DNA from: Octopus vulgaris
Taxonomy: Eukaryota
NCBI GenBank assembly: GCA_951406725.2
Contig: OX597822.1
Coordinates: 30,814,001-30,878,000 of the forward strand
DNA: 64,000 nucleotides
Reading direction: 5' to 3'
The notes under the pieces are model-generated. The model was not told the DNA's origin, made no database searches, and saw nothing but the letters and a program-made list of their open reading frames with translations. The position numbers and the translations under genes were made by a program. This document shows positions 23,740 to 39,011 of this stretch, piece after piece. Every line of letters starts with the position of its first letter. Position 1 is the stretch's first letter.

Positions 23740-25970
23740 ATTCGAATTTTTTATTATGTTTATTTTTCAATGTTTCTTTCATTCTTGAAATGTAATTATC
23801 CTCTGTGAACTTAATTTTTATGTCATGCGCTGTCACTCGCATTTCGTGAATAACATTAGACGTAATATTTCAAATTTTATTTTCTGTCTGCAATGAGGCT
23901 ATCACCGTATCTTCTATCGGTTCCGCATTCTTGGCAATTCGTCTTGATGAACAGTCTGCATGACCAATTTTCTTCGAGGGAATATACTGCATTTTAAAAT
24001 TGTAGTTTAGCAATATTGTACCCCAGCGTTGTAGTCGGTTCGCTGTATGGGTAAGCAATCCTTTTTTTGATCCCAAAATTGATAGTTGTGGTCAATGGTC
24101 TGTTTGTAGCAAAAACCTTCTACCATGTAGAAATTTGTGAAATTTTTTTACCGCAAAAACAATCGAATGAGTCTCCTTCTCTATCTGATAATACTTTTTT
24201 CCGCTGCTATCATCGAACGTGAAGCAAGAAATATTGGTTTCATATTTCCATCTTTATAATTGTGTAGCAAGACTGCTCCTATTCCATAATCCGAAGCATA
24301 TGAAGCTACGACAATGTTCATTTCAGGATCGAAATGAGCTAGTGACAAATCAGAATCTATTTCTTTTTATCTCTTCGAACGCGTTTTGGCACTTTACCGA
24401 CCAATTCCGTTTTATTTTTCCAGTAAATCGTTTAATGGTGCTCTCAATTTATGCGTGTTAGGAATATGATTTTGATAGTATTTTACTAGCCCAAAGAAAG
24501 CTTGTAATGTCGCAGTATTATGTGGGAGAGGCATATCTTTAATTGCGTCTGGCATCGACGGGTCAGGACGTCTTCGACTTTTATCAATAATTTGCCGTAT
24601 TTGGTTTTTAGCAAAAAGAATTCACATTTCTCCTCACTAAGAGTGAACCCGTAGTCTCTTATTTTTGCGAACAGATTTTATAAGCTCAACGTACAGATCA
24701 CGTGTATTACTTTTAATCAATATGGTCATCCAGGTATGGGATTGCAAATTGACAGTCCACCAACATCTCATCCATAGCCTGTTGAAATATTGCAGGTGCG
24801 ACCAGCAGGCCAAAAGGCAATCTATTATATTTCTACAATCATCTGTGTGTATTTACTGCTAGAAGCTTTGAGCATTCCTCGTCAACCTTTATTTGCAGAT
24901 ACATCTAAGACAAATCGAATTTCGGGAACATTTTGCCACCATTTAATTTTGCAACAATATCCTCTGGAGTAGGAAATGAATAGTGACAAGTCTTTAAGCC
25001 GTCATTCAGACCTGAAGAAAAATCGGCACACAGATGAATTTTTTAAATTTTTTAATACACACAGTAGGTGCTGCCCATTTAGAGTGATCCACTTTTTTAA
25101 TAATTCCACACTTTTCCAGTCTGTCTAACGCTTCATCTAAGTCTTTTATTGCAGCGAACGGTACATTTCTATTGGATTTGAATACTGGCACAGCGTTTTC
25201 CTTTAACTGAAAACACGCTTCAGTCTTTTTAGATAGACCTAACTCATCCGACATTACGTGAGGAAACATCTTTTGGGATTTTCTCTTCAAATCCTGAAAC
25301 GGCTTATCTTTAGAAGGACAACGAATTATGTTTTTGCAATAGAGACTTATGCGGAAGTCTCATAAGCCAACTAACTCCAACCAGTCGGTATCAAACAGAT
25401 TGGTTGTGTTCTTTATGACGTAAACTATCACCTTACAAGTTTTTCCTCGAAATGTGACATCATTCCATATTTCAGTTACTAAGTGTAGTTTGTCACCTGC
25501 AGTTTTCGCTGTTTTTCTTAACATAGATTTCCCGATTTTCTTCCACGTAGCAGTGTTAATGATTGAAATGACACTACCAATATCCAATTGTAATATAATA
25601 TCTATTCCGCTTACTATTACGTGTAGAAATTTTCTTACTTGGGAGTCGATTTTACTTTCTCTTGAGAGCAATTAAGAATTATTTTACATTTGACATTCGT
25701 ACTTTTGTTCTGCAGTGTGTTCTCTTGAGTCCAAGGTTTTGACAACTATAACATTTTTGGTTTTTAAATGACAGTATTTTCTGCCTCCACATCTTTAACA
25801 TGGATTAGGACCTAGCAATCTTCTCTGGTTATACTTTCTCGGTCGACATATCTATATTTTTTCGAAATACTTTTACTTACGTCGTTTTTCAGTTTTACCA
25901 TCCTTTAACACTCTTCTGAAACAGTTCTCAGGATTAAATCTTGGTGTGCATGTTCAAGTTTCTGTATCTT
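23740..25970 (-). mobile_element. Decayed Ty3/Gypsy LTR retrotransposon internal region (gag knuckles, protease, RT, RNase H)
   Basis: KCYSCQNLG..THC knuckle (~25710-25760), LQLDIGSVISII (protease), PVFKSNRNVPFA and SKWAAPTV (RT), ANRLQRWGTILLNYNF..GHAD (RNase H). No LTRs recognised. Confidence 0.9.
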
Positions 25971-26115
25971 CATTATATATATATTAATAAATAAGGATAA
26001 TATCGATATTATCAAAGGGCCAGCATGGGAAAAATACCATACAAAGGTAATAATGTTTTACAACTAAAAATAAGGGTGTCTGAGAGACACCACCATGCCG
26101 AAATAGCAGTCAAAT

Positions 26116-26348
26116 CCCTGACTCTAAAACCACATTAAATGTTCATATCGCACCATGAGATAAGACAGAGGGACAAAATAGTCTAGCAAAATATATTACT
26201 GAATAATTCAAGATCTTGGATCTTTAAAGCAAAGCTAGAAATCCAGGATCTTGAATTATTCAGTAACATCTTTTTGCTAGTCTATTTTGTCTCTCTGTCT
26301 TATCTCATGGTGCGATATGAACATTTAATGTGGTTTTTAGAGTCAGGG
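26116..26348. repeat. Long inverted repeat (~105-bp arms, ~20-nt spacer) in a (TA)n-flanked module
   Basis: CCCTGACTCTAAAACCACATTAAATGTTCATATCGCACCATGAG... is mirrored by ...CTCATGGTGCGATATGAACATTTAATGTGGTTTTTAGAGTCAGGG. Confidence 0.95.
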
Positions 26349-26474
26349 TTTAGTTTTATATATATATATATATAGTTAATCCAAACTTGAACAAGCAAGA
26401 AAAAACAACAGAGTGAGGGCGTGGAATAAGTACAGTGTTATTGGACGCTCAGGACAGGAAAGAAAAGAAAGAGG

Positions 26475-26509
26475 ATTCCACGTTTCGAGCGAAGCTCTTC
26501 ATCAGAAAT
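26475..26509 (-). ncRNA. Minimal hammerhead motif (HHR-2), probably inactivated
   Basis: AUUU-CUGAUGA-A-GAGC-UUC-GCUC-GAAA-CG-UG-GAAU. Core and stem II are intact, but the cleavage-site nucleotide is G. Confidence 0.65.
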
Positions 26510-26706
26510 ACAGAAAAAGTCCGAAGAAGGGAAGAAGGAGAAAGAAAATCGCCAACGATACTCTCGAAGTCACATTAGATAGATAGATTGATTGATATAC
26601 TCAGACACACACACACATATATTTATATATATAATATTGTGTGAAATTTGATTTAGTTTTTCTAAATTGAATTTTTTCCCTGTAAGTTAGGATTAATATT
26701 CCCTCA

Positions 26707-26760
<54 letters not shown>

Positions 26761-26845
26761 AATTAGAGACAAAACCACTATTTTGCAAAACAAACAAGGA
26801 AAGACTTAATCAATACATAAAATTTTAATAAAAGTAAAAAAACCG

Positions 26846-26888
26846 CCACTACAATTGTTTCATGTCCTGATCGACAATCTTCAGGTGG
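26846..26888 (-). ncRNA. Minimal type I hammerhead ribozyme motif (HHR-3)
   Basis: CCAC-CUGAAGA-U-UGUC-GAUCAG-GACA-U-GAAA-CAAUUG-UA-GUGG: stem I CCAC/GUGG, palindromic stem III ACAAUUGU, GUA triplet. Confidence 0.88.
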
Positions 26889-26996
26889 ATTTCAATCAAA
26901 ATATCAATATTTTAAAATATAAAAAATAATAATTTTAAAATAATTAAAGTATCAATGAAAAAATATAAATATATAATCTATATATATATATATATA

Positions 26997-27046
<50 letters not shown>

Positions 27047-27072
27047 ATGTGTCTGATTGTATCTATTATCTA

Positions 27073-27109
<37 letters not shown>

Positions 27110-29185
27110 ACCTATCTATACATATTTGAAATTAAGCGTGTGTGTGTGTATATACATATAGTTGTATGTCAACATATAGAAACATGCATATGTATATGTA
27201 TTAACACGGACTACAAAGGTATTATTGCAGCACTTTTAAGTTGTAGTTGTAACTAGATAGCTCCATATCGATCACTTGCAATACGGTGTTGTAATCAAAT
27301 GATCAAATTACTTGCTAAGTCACTTTGATTCCTTTTGATCAGAGTGTACGTGTTCTGTCATTAAAAGTTATCACTAATTATAAATTTGCATAACACAGGA
27401 TTTCAAAACGATTGTGTCAATCGAGTTACGGATATAGAAGCACTGCTTTGGATATATATGTTTGCTTTTATGTTGAGTTATGATAAAACAATTTTGCATT
27501 AATCAAATATTTTACTCTATACCTACGTAGAGTACAAAGCTATTCGTGAACAAGAATATTATTCATAGTGATTTCGACATTACGGCCAGTTTGGGAATTG
27601 TTGGACAGCGAGGAATTGAAGTTCCATGCGATAGGAACACACCTAAATATGAACACCTTCTTACAAAATTATACATATGTGAGTAAATTCTAAGCAATTA
27701 CGTAACTCCAAGTTTCATCAATAAAAATTTCTCCAAAACAATACATCGTAAATAGCCTAATTTCCACTCCCCTCAAAACCATACACTGAAGATTTTAACC
27801 CAACAGAGTCGATATAAAGCCAAGATTAAACTAAATGCATCGCAGTCCGACGAGGCATCATTGGACAAAGCTTCGAAGTTACAGTCTATAATATTTTTGT
27901 TTGAGAATGCGTTATCCCCCTTGATATAATTATATACTTATGTACATTATTATTAATTTTAAGCATTAATTTGCCTATAAATTTTTATAGCATGCTGACT
28001 ACTCGATAAAAATCTTTAACGTAATTTATATCCTTATGTATATATATATATATATATATAATTACGTGGAACAAAACGGTCTGTGCAGCTCCACTGTAAG
28101 TGTGCCGTAAATATTGTTCTTTCGACTTTTAATGTCACCAATTGTTTGACCAGTATATAAGATTTATTGTTATCTGGAGAGAAGGTGGATATATTTTTTC
28201 TAGTTACCGGAGTACTACTACTGCTGTTTACCTGAAGATTATCTCGATTTAGCGTTGCCGCTACAGTTCGTACTGAAGCCTGTAGCCCACACAAACCATG
28301 TATAATTCTTTGCCAACAATGAATTATACAGTTTTTCCTATGACGGTCAGTACTTGCTTGTACATTGTAGAAATATCTATAGGCATAGGATTGCGCGTGT
28401 TACATTATATTTTCTGACATGTCTTATTGTTTATTCCAAATTTGTTATAGATAAGGTGGTGACCAGGTACAAAAGAGAGGATAATAAATAGGCTCCTCAC
28501 CTCTTTTGGAAAATATGAGATTGCAGTGCCTTTCAAGGCATATTCAATCTGAATCAGCTTCCAATGACACCTTCTCTGGAAAGCTTTGCAGTCTTTAGTC
28601 TGTAAATATAATCAACAGCTTTAAGGATTTGGAATTCTATTCGATTATGAATATTCTTAATGCGCTATCTGCACTAGAAAACAAGATGTGCGCATTAGAA
28701 GAACTGCAAGAATAGTCCATAAACACTCTCCCGATGTAGATAAACAGAAAACGTTACAACGGCACCACTAGAGGAAACTTCAATGTCAGATACCCACTTG
28801 CACATACATTCCGGAACGTAACTTTTAAAAAGTTGCAACGTCCCTTTCAAAACATATCTGAGGGTTAAAAAACCTAATATAACTGCAAATATAGCAGCTT
28901 TACATATACATGGTCGTGGTATCTGTACCCTATGCACAACAGAATAATAATAATCACACAAAATTCACATATTGTAAGCAAGAGGAATAAAGTTATATCA
29001 CAGTGAAGAAAAAGACAAAGACAAGGACACACAAGCACAGACTCACGCACATGCGCACACATACGCAACCTGTCTTTCCATCTTAGCTACAAAACATAAA
29101 ACTCGCCTGTAAAACTATTATTCAAATTACGTTAATTGTTCAATAAATTTTACTTAGTTCATAATACGTTTTGTTAAGTATACAT

Positions 29186-29243
<58 letters not shown>

Positions 29244-29749
29244 GGAGTTATAAATATTCTAGTCATATCCAATCAACTTGACATGCAATAACACATATGA
29301 ATAGATTTCCATGTAAGCGCCCGCACTCTAAAAACACGGACGACAATCGTAGCCTGAAACATGCACCCCATAAACTATAATCTATAAACTTACACTCAGT
29401 CACGAAATATCTTACACAAAAGAACGATCCATACCAAGATTTACAGTGAAACTCACTCACGAACAAACATCAGTACCATATAAGAAAATCATGAACAGAA
29501 CAGCGCTTAGTAAACCTAGAATGAATGAGCGAATTTAAAGCATGACGTCATTGATCAGAGAAAAGGCTGAAAATTAGTAGCCAAGCACCTAAAGCAAATG
29601 GCGGAGCACATGAAAAGATACAAGCACGAGACCGACCCTCTCCATGCGAGTGTAGATTCCATAAATACCATAAGTGATTTATAACACCTCTGGCCTGAAA
29701 TTGGTGTGGAATTTGCGAGATTAAAATTCACTGTCGATAATGTATACAC

Positions 29750-29798
29750 ACACGCATGCATACGTACATACATACATGCATACATACATACATACATG

Positions 29799-29832
<34 letters not shown>

Positions 29833-29894
29833 CATACATACATACATATATATATATATGTGTGTGTGTGTGTATGTGTATATATATACATATG

Positions 29895-29956
<62 letters not shown>

Positions 29957-30120
29957 ATATATACAAACAGCTGCAAACATATACACATATGCATGTATGT
30001 ATTCATTAATACAAACACACATACACATGTATATATATATAAAATATATATATACACATACATGTATGTATACACACATCACTCCCTGCCTCTGTCTCTC
30101 TATCTATCTACGTACTTAAC

Positions 30121-30154
<34 letters not shown>

Positions 30155-30230
30155 CATATATATGTATATATACATATACAAACATACATACATACATACA
30201 CACACACACATGTATGTATGTATGTATACA
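29750..30230. repeat. Compound (CATA)n/(TA)n/(TG)n microsatellite
   Basis: Directly visible. Confidence 0.97.
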
Positions 30231-31004
30231 TAAGAGAATTTTGCTTTAGGAATTTCGAAAGATATGAACTTCTCTAATAATTACCCCTTTGTTATCAGCA
30301 ATATGATTGATATAAGATCAAGTGAAGGCTACAACATAACTGAAGTATTAAAAGCTCTCTTTATTTCTTTTAACTTTGTTTGCGTTATTAATATCTCTCG
30401 ATAAGCTAGCAACATGTTAAGCGTTAATTGTGTAAAAAGTCATGTCGAAAATAATAAGCTATATATAAATAGGTAACGTGATGTCAAAATTCAATTTGGT
30501 CTTCAAAAGGATTTGAGTTCTAAACTGTAGCCTGAGAAAGTGACGAATATTGAGAAAAGTTTGGGATATACGTTTGATATAATGTCTTATCCTAGAATTA
30601 CGTAATATAATCAAAGAAATATTATCTGCTGCTATGTAATTGATGGAAATAAAGAGAAACTAGATATGTATTAGATAAATATGCCCTCAATTGTGTTTCA
30701 GCGGATAAAAGACATCTTGTAATAAGGCGGGCTGTAATTGTATTTTACAACCTGAAGTTCGTTGCTTCTAATAATATAAAGAGAAAAATATATTCATTGA
30801 CCTGATAGAAGAGAAAATTTTCCGGGAAGATCTATAACAGACATGTTAGATAAAACACATCAGTAACGCGATTTGGTATTATATCTATCTAATATAGCAA
30901 ACTGTCTATCTCTCTCTCCTTCTCTCTATCTATTTTCCCATATCTTTCTATGTATAAACATACGTATAAAGGTATCTATGCCATATAAGTGAATTTAGTG
31001 GGCA

Positions 31005-31037
<33 letters not shown>

Positions 31038-31047
31038 TGTATGTATG

Positions 31048-31636
<589 letters not shown>

Positions 31637-34600
31637 GCAGACACACAGACATACGTATATATATATATATATATACATATGCATACATACATACATACAT
31701 ACATATATGTATGTATGTATGTATGAACACTGAGAATATGGAAGACATTGTGTGAAGGGTCCGGGACACATTCATTTTGGAGGACTGACTTTCATGCGAA
31801 TTTTATGAAGTGGTTGAAGTATTACAAGTGTTTTGAAGTCAGATGATCCTATTTTGAAGGAGATAATTGTTTTTTTACTTCATTGAAATTAATAAATGTC
31901 TCTTCTGGTAAAAACTCAACATTTCTGCAATGCACCTTGCATATTTAGCAATTATTTACTCCAGAGAACGGTGAAACTTCACTTGCCATCTTCATTGTGT
32001 TTAAGAGTGTTTATAAGACTTGTAGAGTTTATTGGTTATTCTGTATTCAGTCGGCACATTTCTTCAGCATAAACTGATATGATAGCTGAAAATTAGCTTT
32101 GCGTGATGCTGTAGGTATTGGACATTTTTTGTATCAGTTTATGGTGTTATGGAATTATAGCTTAAATACAGTCCTGAATCAGCACGTTTGTGATACATCG
32201 ATATTCTGAACCTTGCATCTGTCATTTACATCAGAACACCAACGAATGATAGCCGGTCGTCACTTAAACTGCTTTGATGTACATCTACAGAACTTGAACA
32301 TTTTCGTTGTTGCTAGAGTATAAAAATTAAATCCCTGTGCTCACAATCAACTATCAGTATTGAATATTGTACTTTCTAGAGCCGTTTCTTCCAAGTAATC
32401 TACTTAGATCTTTGGCATTGCTTGTAATAATGGTGAACCCATAGCAATATCTCGTTACCTCGTTTCTAATTTTCATTATCGATTTGTACTTTAGCTGTTC
32501 TTAGGCACAATCTTAATAAAAATAAATTGATATTTTATTGCGTTAATGGCGATGTTAGTTGTCATTTTATAGTCTGTTTCTGACAAGTGACAATGCTTCG
32601 TGTGTTGCAAAATTGTAAATAAAACCACCATATCAAAGTCGAACATTTGCAGGACATGATTCTAATAGTTTGCATTTGTTCAACTAATTCAACTGAATTT
32701 ATTGCTTCTGTAAAAATTCTGTTAATGGTCCGAGAGTTCTAACCCGGAGACGGCATAGACTCTACTATGCTGAATCTCCATTATGGAAGATAATTGAAAT
32801 CCTAGCTTTAAGTAATTTTCAATTATCATACACAGATATTATGAGGCTTGTACTTGCTATTATTTATTCTCCGTTGAATTCTAACAGACCAAACATTTTA
32901 TAGAAAGTATTCCAACCGCAACCACCCTATCTTTGCAGGTGTATCTAAGACTACATTCTTTAATCAACTCAATGCCCATAGAAATGTAGGGGTTTGACAT
33001 AAGAGAGATTTAGCTGCTGTTTCTAGAATCACACAGAAGAGCACATAATATAGTGTAACACACTACGGTGGTATAAGTGACCATCAGAGATTAAACTAGA
33101 AGCACAGCTTAGATAAAAGAAATTGTTTCCTCTGTATAGATGAAGTGTAAAAATTATGATCATATTAACAATATAGCTTATGTCAGACTTTTAGAAATTA
33201 ACCAGGTATAAGTAAGGCCCCGAAGGTTGTTTAAAAAGCCATAGAGAAACATCTGACAGAAATATTTCTATCTTATGTCCTCACCCTTTATTCTACCGAC
33301 AGATGTAATTCTAAGAATTCAGAATGAGGAACAGGAAGCCTAGCATGCGCTTCTCAGTAAATACCCTAACTATTAACACGCGTGCCTTTACTATTCTTCG
33401 AAAACCCATTAGTTGAAAACATATTGTTCAGGAGGCAAATTTGTTGAAAATGATTCATAAGAAAATATATTCGTAGGGAAACAAATTTAGTGGTATCAAA
33501 GTGATCGAAATCATTGTCGAAGAAAAGGTGGGTGTTCATCAAAATTTTAATATTTCTAAAGGAAATAAAGAAAATATTCAAATAAAATTCAGTGGTTCAT
33601 TGATATTTGAATCAACTGAATATTTTAAAGTTTGTCAATGTGGAAATTCAAAATATGTAAATAAGATTATACGTAATCTACATAATTTGATCGCCGGTCG
33701 AGGAAATAAGTGGCGATAAGCATAAAAAATATTCTCAATGTCCTAAAAATGATATACTGTATATAATAATTGAGGTAGTTTAATAAAGTTTCAGTTAGGC
33801 ATTCATATCCGTTCAAATACCCCTGCCGTGTGTCTGTATTAGAAACTTGCAGCGAACTTGCAGAAAATTGCAGCAGAGCTGCACGACATTGGTTTCAGGT
33901 GTGGCATGCAGACCATCATATAACTTATCTGACATTGCGTTTTTATTATTCTCATTCGTTTTAGTTTAACATGCGTATTGAATGTTCATACTTCTTTTTC
34001 CGGTTCCTACTCAAAACGGTTTACAGATCACAACCATCTTCCGAACATGCGTTCGTGAGGAGCACGAAGCGCTCCGATGGTAGTGGGGTAATCCTTCCAA
34101 AATTCGCCACAAGGCCAATAGCTTTTAAGGGGATGCAAAGTCGATTTAATCGACCACAGTACTTAACTGGTTGGTACTTATTTTAATGACACCAAAAGGA
34201 TGGAATTACGCGGAATTAGACCTTCGAACGTAAGGTGGGAGGAAATATCGCTAAAAATGTTGTCCAGCTTGCTAACGTTTCTGCCAGCTGACCGCCTGAG
34301 TGCTACAACCAATAATTACAAATTTAATACCTTGTAGAATGATTAACTGGTGCAGTGTGGCTCGCAATAATTTACGACACTGTCTTACGTATCTTTAGAG
34401 ACAGCGATTAAATTCCGATATTGTCAACTTTGCTTGTCATCTTTCATGGTTCACTAAATTACGTAGTAATTACGAAATAATATATTATGCGTGAAGTGTG
34501 GTCCAATCAACCATACTCCGCATATAAAGCATGCATTCTTATGTTTATGCTACAAGTTTGTGTTAATATTTTACGTAATTGTTTCTGTTTTCATTTTCTG

Positions 34601-34892
34601 AGTTCAAATTCCACCGAGGTCGATTTTGCCTTTCACCCTTTCGAGGTCGAAAAATCAAGTAGCATTAATCATCGATTACCCCTCCTCCGAAATTGTTGGC
34701 CTTGTGCCAAAATTTGAAATCATTATTATACATGATGAACATACGCATACACACACAGTCATGCACACACGCACTCACTCACACACACACACAAACGTGA
34801 AAATTATGACAACTTACGAATATATCTCTTGGCGTAGCATAATAAATTCAGTGAGAAAGAGAAAGTGAGAGAGAGAGAAAGAAAGAGAGAGA

Positions 34893-34959
<67 letters not shown>

Positions 34960-36399
34960 GTAGATCCTAGTACTTGACCGGATCTTCGAAGCGATTAAAG
35001 AAAATAGTACTTAGATATCCAGTACTAAGACTTTAAAGTATTCTGTCCGACTCTGCTAAAGCACTGCCATCAAATATAGCAAAACAGATTAGAATAGAAG
35101 GGACATTTAACAATATAGTTTGAGTTACACCATGACTGAAGAAACGAATGAGATGGTCATATTTAGAATGCCAGTAGAAGTATTTGACCTTTCGCAAGTG
35201 CACAGCAACATGATTTTCTAATACGCCAAATTTACTGAAGCTTTATTATCCTATCTGCTCATTAATTATCCTTTAAGTTAACCATTTCAAGAATGAGAAG
35301 AAAAGGCCCTTTCGATAAAGATGCCTGTCTGTAGTCCTCATGTGTCTGTCATCTCATGGAGTAGGAGGTTTCTAGTTAAATTCTATCTGACCCCACTTGT
35401 ATTGATCGTTGGCTTTTGCATTCACGTCTTTATTGCAGTATTAAGCCACACACACACATACACAAGTGCATGATGCCACCCTTTGTTCCTTGATAAACCT
35501 TTGCACATAGCTTTCATCCGTATGTAACAAAGACGCATTCAGCTGGATATTTATTATTCCGTAAAAAAAAAAGAAGCAGTAAAAATTGCCCAATGATAAA
35601 CCTGGCTGTCTCTCTTATTCAGTTACACTGAAGGAGCAATTACGCATCAGTAATTTCTCCTGCAAAATTACAACCTTTCACAGATAAGCAAATAAGAAGG
35701 CCTCAAATTATTGACTTAACTGCATAGGGATGGGGTAAACTCACGGCCATACTATACACTACCTAATTATTGTTATTATTGTAATTAAGTAATTGCAAAA
35801 CATTACTTGTGTGGTTTTTGCGCAAACTGTCTTTAAAAAGGAAGTGGCCATGACTGGAAACTCTTTCCACTTAACATTTAATCATGTGTAGCCTGAATCT
35901 AAACAAACTCAAGAACAATAAAGAAAAAAAAATCTCACAACACAAAGTTATTATTGTTTAGCTTCAGGTTAGTCCAGACCAAACAATTGGATGATCAATG
36001 TCATTCAACTTATGACCATCTTTTTATACGTAAATGCATTTGTATTTACTGAGTTCGATTTTTTTAAGGACTAGCAGTTATCCATGCATGCATAAATTTC
36101 CTCCGCACACCATTAATGTTGTTTAGCATGTGTCGTACTAGATGTTTCTGTTAGAGTTGAATGAGCCGAAAGAAATACCTGCAAGGTATCTCGTCTAACA
36201 CTAACAGCACTGTCAATCCAATTCCCTGGGCAGACACAGTTACCCTCTACCCGGAAGGATAAAAAACAAAATTGCCCTCGATGGGACTTGAACTCAGTAC
36301 GCGGAGGGTTGGAACAAATATAGCGAAGCCTTTGTAATGCCTGACAATTCACCACCTATTTAGAACTTTAGAGTATGGATGTAGATTGTAATAGGTTTC

Positions 36400-36435
<36 letters not shown>

Positions 36436-37229
36436 AAGAGAGGGAGTGAATGAGAGTGAGAGGGTGAGAAGTAAAAAGTGATAGACATGGAAGGCCCGCT
36501 GGCATGTACAATACGAAGTTGTGCTGAATAGAATAAAAAATATTTTAAATGTGAAGTAGACGCTGAAAGCAGATGCAAAGCGGGTGGGGGCGCTAGTGTG
36601 GCGTCGTTTGACCTGATAGGATGAATAACGAAATTAGCCGATAATCATATCGAATTTTGTTTAAAAAAGAGAGAAAGAACAAATTCGATAATGTGATCCT
36701 AGATACAGTATATCTGAAAACCATAGGACACTATGGATTCAGCTGTAAAGTGTTTGATCATAAATCTGTCTTCTCAATCAGAGTTGACCTGAAGGGTTAT
36801 GCAAAAAAATCAGAACAATAACAAGAACAACGACAGCTATAACGACTAGGACGACGCAACGGCAACAACTACAATAAAAGCAGCTACAATGATAACAACA
36901 ACAACAATAACAGCAACAGCAACTGTACACTTCCGAGTTACTTTACCGATATGTCCTGTTCGCTATTTTCTCCTGGTAAAAAAAAATATAAATTCCCTTT
37001 TCCACACATCACACTAAGTTATTGTATGCTATGAACTTTATTTAACAGAATGAATTATTATTAACTTAAGGCTAGACAGGAATAAATAACATTGCGAATA
37101 AATATAAAATGTTAAGACGAAATATATTAATACATAAATCTAATAAAATAGATTAAATTCGTACCAAAAACCTCAAAAAGATATATATCTCTGTTGCGTA
37201 ATGCATCAGTAACTATTATGTATGTGTCG

Positions 37230-37262
37230 CAACACACACACACACACAGACACACACACACA

Positions 37263-37294
<32 letters not shown>

Positions 37295-37480
37295 GCATCC
37301 ACACAGATACGTGTGTGTATGTGTGTATATGGATGTATGTATATATGTATGCATATATATACATATAACTATACATAGACATGCATACATATATATATAT
37401 ACATACATACATACGCATATATATATATATATATGTGTGTGTCCGTGTATGCATGCATATATATATATACATATATATAC

Positions 37481-37524
<44 letters not shown>

Positions 37525-37649
37525 GTATATATATGTATATATATATATATGCATGCATACACGGACACACACACTCATACATATTTCTGTGTATATCTAC
37601 GTACACACACACATATATATATATATATATATTATATGTCTATATATAC

Positions 37650-37715
<66 letters not shown>

Positions 37716-37733
37716 ACATACATACACACACAC

Positions 37734-37778
<45 letters not shown>

Positions 37779-37785
37779 TCACACA
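37230..37785. repeat. Compound (CA)n/(TA)n microsatellite
   Basis: Directly visible. Confidence 0.97.
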
Positions 37786-38461
37786 TCGATTTAATGTAAA
37801 ACATATAATTCAATGTAACATTTTAAAGATACTTAATAAGACTAAATATGATGAAAATTCAGTTAAGCCTAACTTCTGACAATTTCGGAATTGGAAAGTC
37901 TCTTTTCAATTGATAATGATTAAGAAACTAAAAAGAATAATATAAAGAATCAGCCACAAGATTAGATTATTTGAACATTCTTATTCAGAATTAAGATCAT
38001 TTGTTAATGATTAAGAATGCTGTCTTTGTTCCTGTGTTTGTTCTATGTTCTATGTGTGTTTGTTCTATGTTCTGTGTGTGTTTGTTCTATGTTCTGTGTG
38101 TGTTTGCTCATATTATTTATGTGTTCATATGTGTATATGTATGTAAACTCATTGTTATTCGTTCTTTTCTTAATCGTTTATTGTTTCGAGTTATTTAGCT
38201 ATGCCCCATGTTGAGACAGTCATAGAATTCACGATTTTTTCCTTGTCGGTGTCAGTTGTATAATAGCCACTTGGTCAGAGTGTTGAATCTTAAACGCTAT
38301 ACTACTTATTACAGCGGTCATGGTAGGTCATTGCTTCAATCTTCAATCGCTGTACTCAAGTACATCAACTATAGTACTTCTGCCTGGTATTTACGTTATT
38401 GAATGCGGGGGGAAGTGGGAAAAAGGCTAGTCGTGTAGGCGTAAAGATAAGCGAATAAAAA

Positions 38462-38682
38462 CGAGCTGGCAGAAACGTTAGCATGCCGGGCGAAATGCGT
38501 AGCCGTATTTCGTCTGCTGTTACGTTCTGAGCTCAAATTCCGCCTTGGTCGACTTTGATTTTCATCGCTTCGGCGTCGATAAATTAAGTACCAGTCACGC
38601 ACTGGGGTCGATATAATCGACTTAATCCGTTTGTCTGTCCTTGTTTGTCCCCTCTGTGTTTAACCCCTTGTGGACAGTAAAT
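38462..38682 (+). mobile_element. SINE family M
   Basis: CGAGCTGGCAGAAACGTTAGC...GTCGATAAATTAAGTACCAG; a partial second copy follows at ~38685-38750. Confidence 0.88.
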
Positions 38683-39011
38683 AAATATTTCGTCAGTCTT
38701 TACGTTCTGAGTTGAAATTCCACCGAAGTCGACTTTGCCTTTCATCCTGGAATCGAACTCACGACCTTAAAAAATGCTTTGCATCTTTTGCAAGCTAGGT
38801 TTGTTTCCCTAACATTTTACATATTTCAATATGTTTCTGGTCACTGAGTTATTGCAAAACTGCACAAGTGTGTGTGCGAAAAACTTTATTGGAACTTTGA
38901 AAGTTGTGTCTATAAAAATAGTTTCGAAATATCAGATGGATATGGGAGCAATCGAATTAAATTAATAAACAAAGGAGTAAAAGAAAAATGATCGAGAACA
39001 ATCGCTCTAAT

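Noticed and set aside
23000-26000. LTRs flanking the Gypsy remnant
   Set aside because: No direct repeats with TG...CA ends, PBS or PPT could be identified.
29543-29550. Perfect CRE palindrome TGACGTCA (also 57963-57970)
   Set aside because: Isolated 8-mers are expected by chance in 64 kb and have no supporting context.
31900-32800. Possible decayed hAT-like transposase on the minus strand
   Set aside because: Similarity is too weak to support by eye; it needs a profile search.
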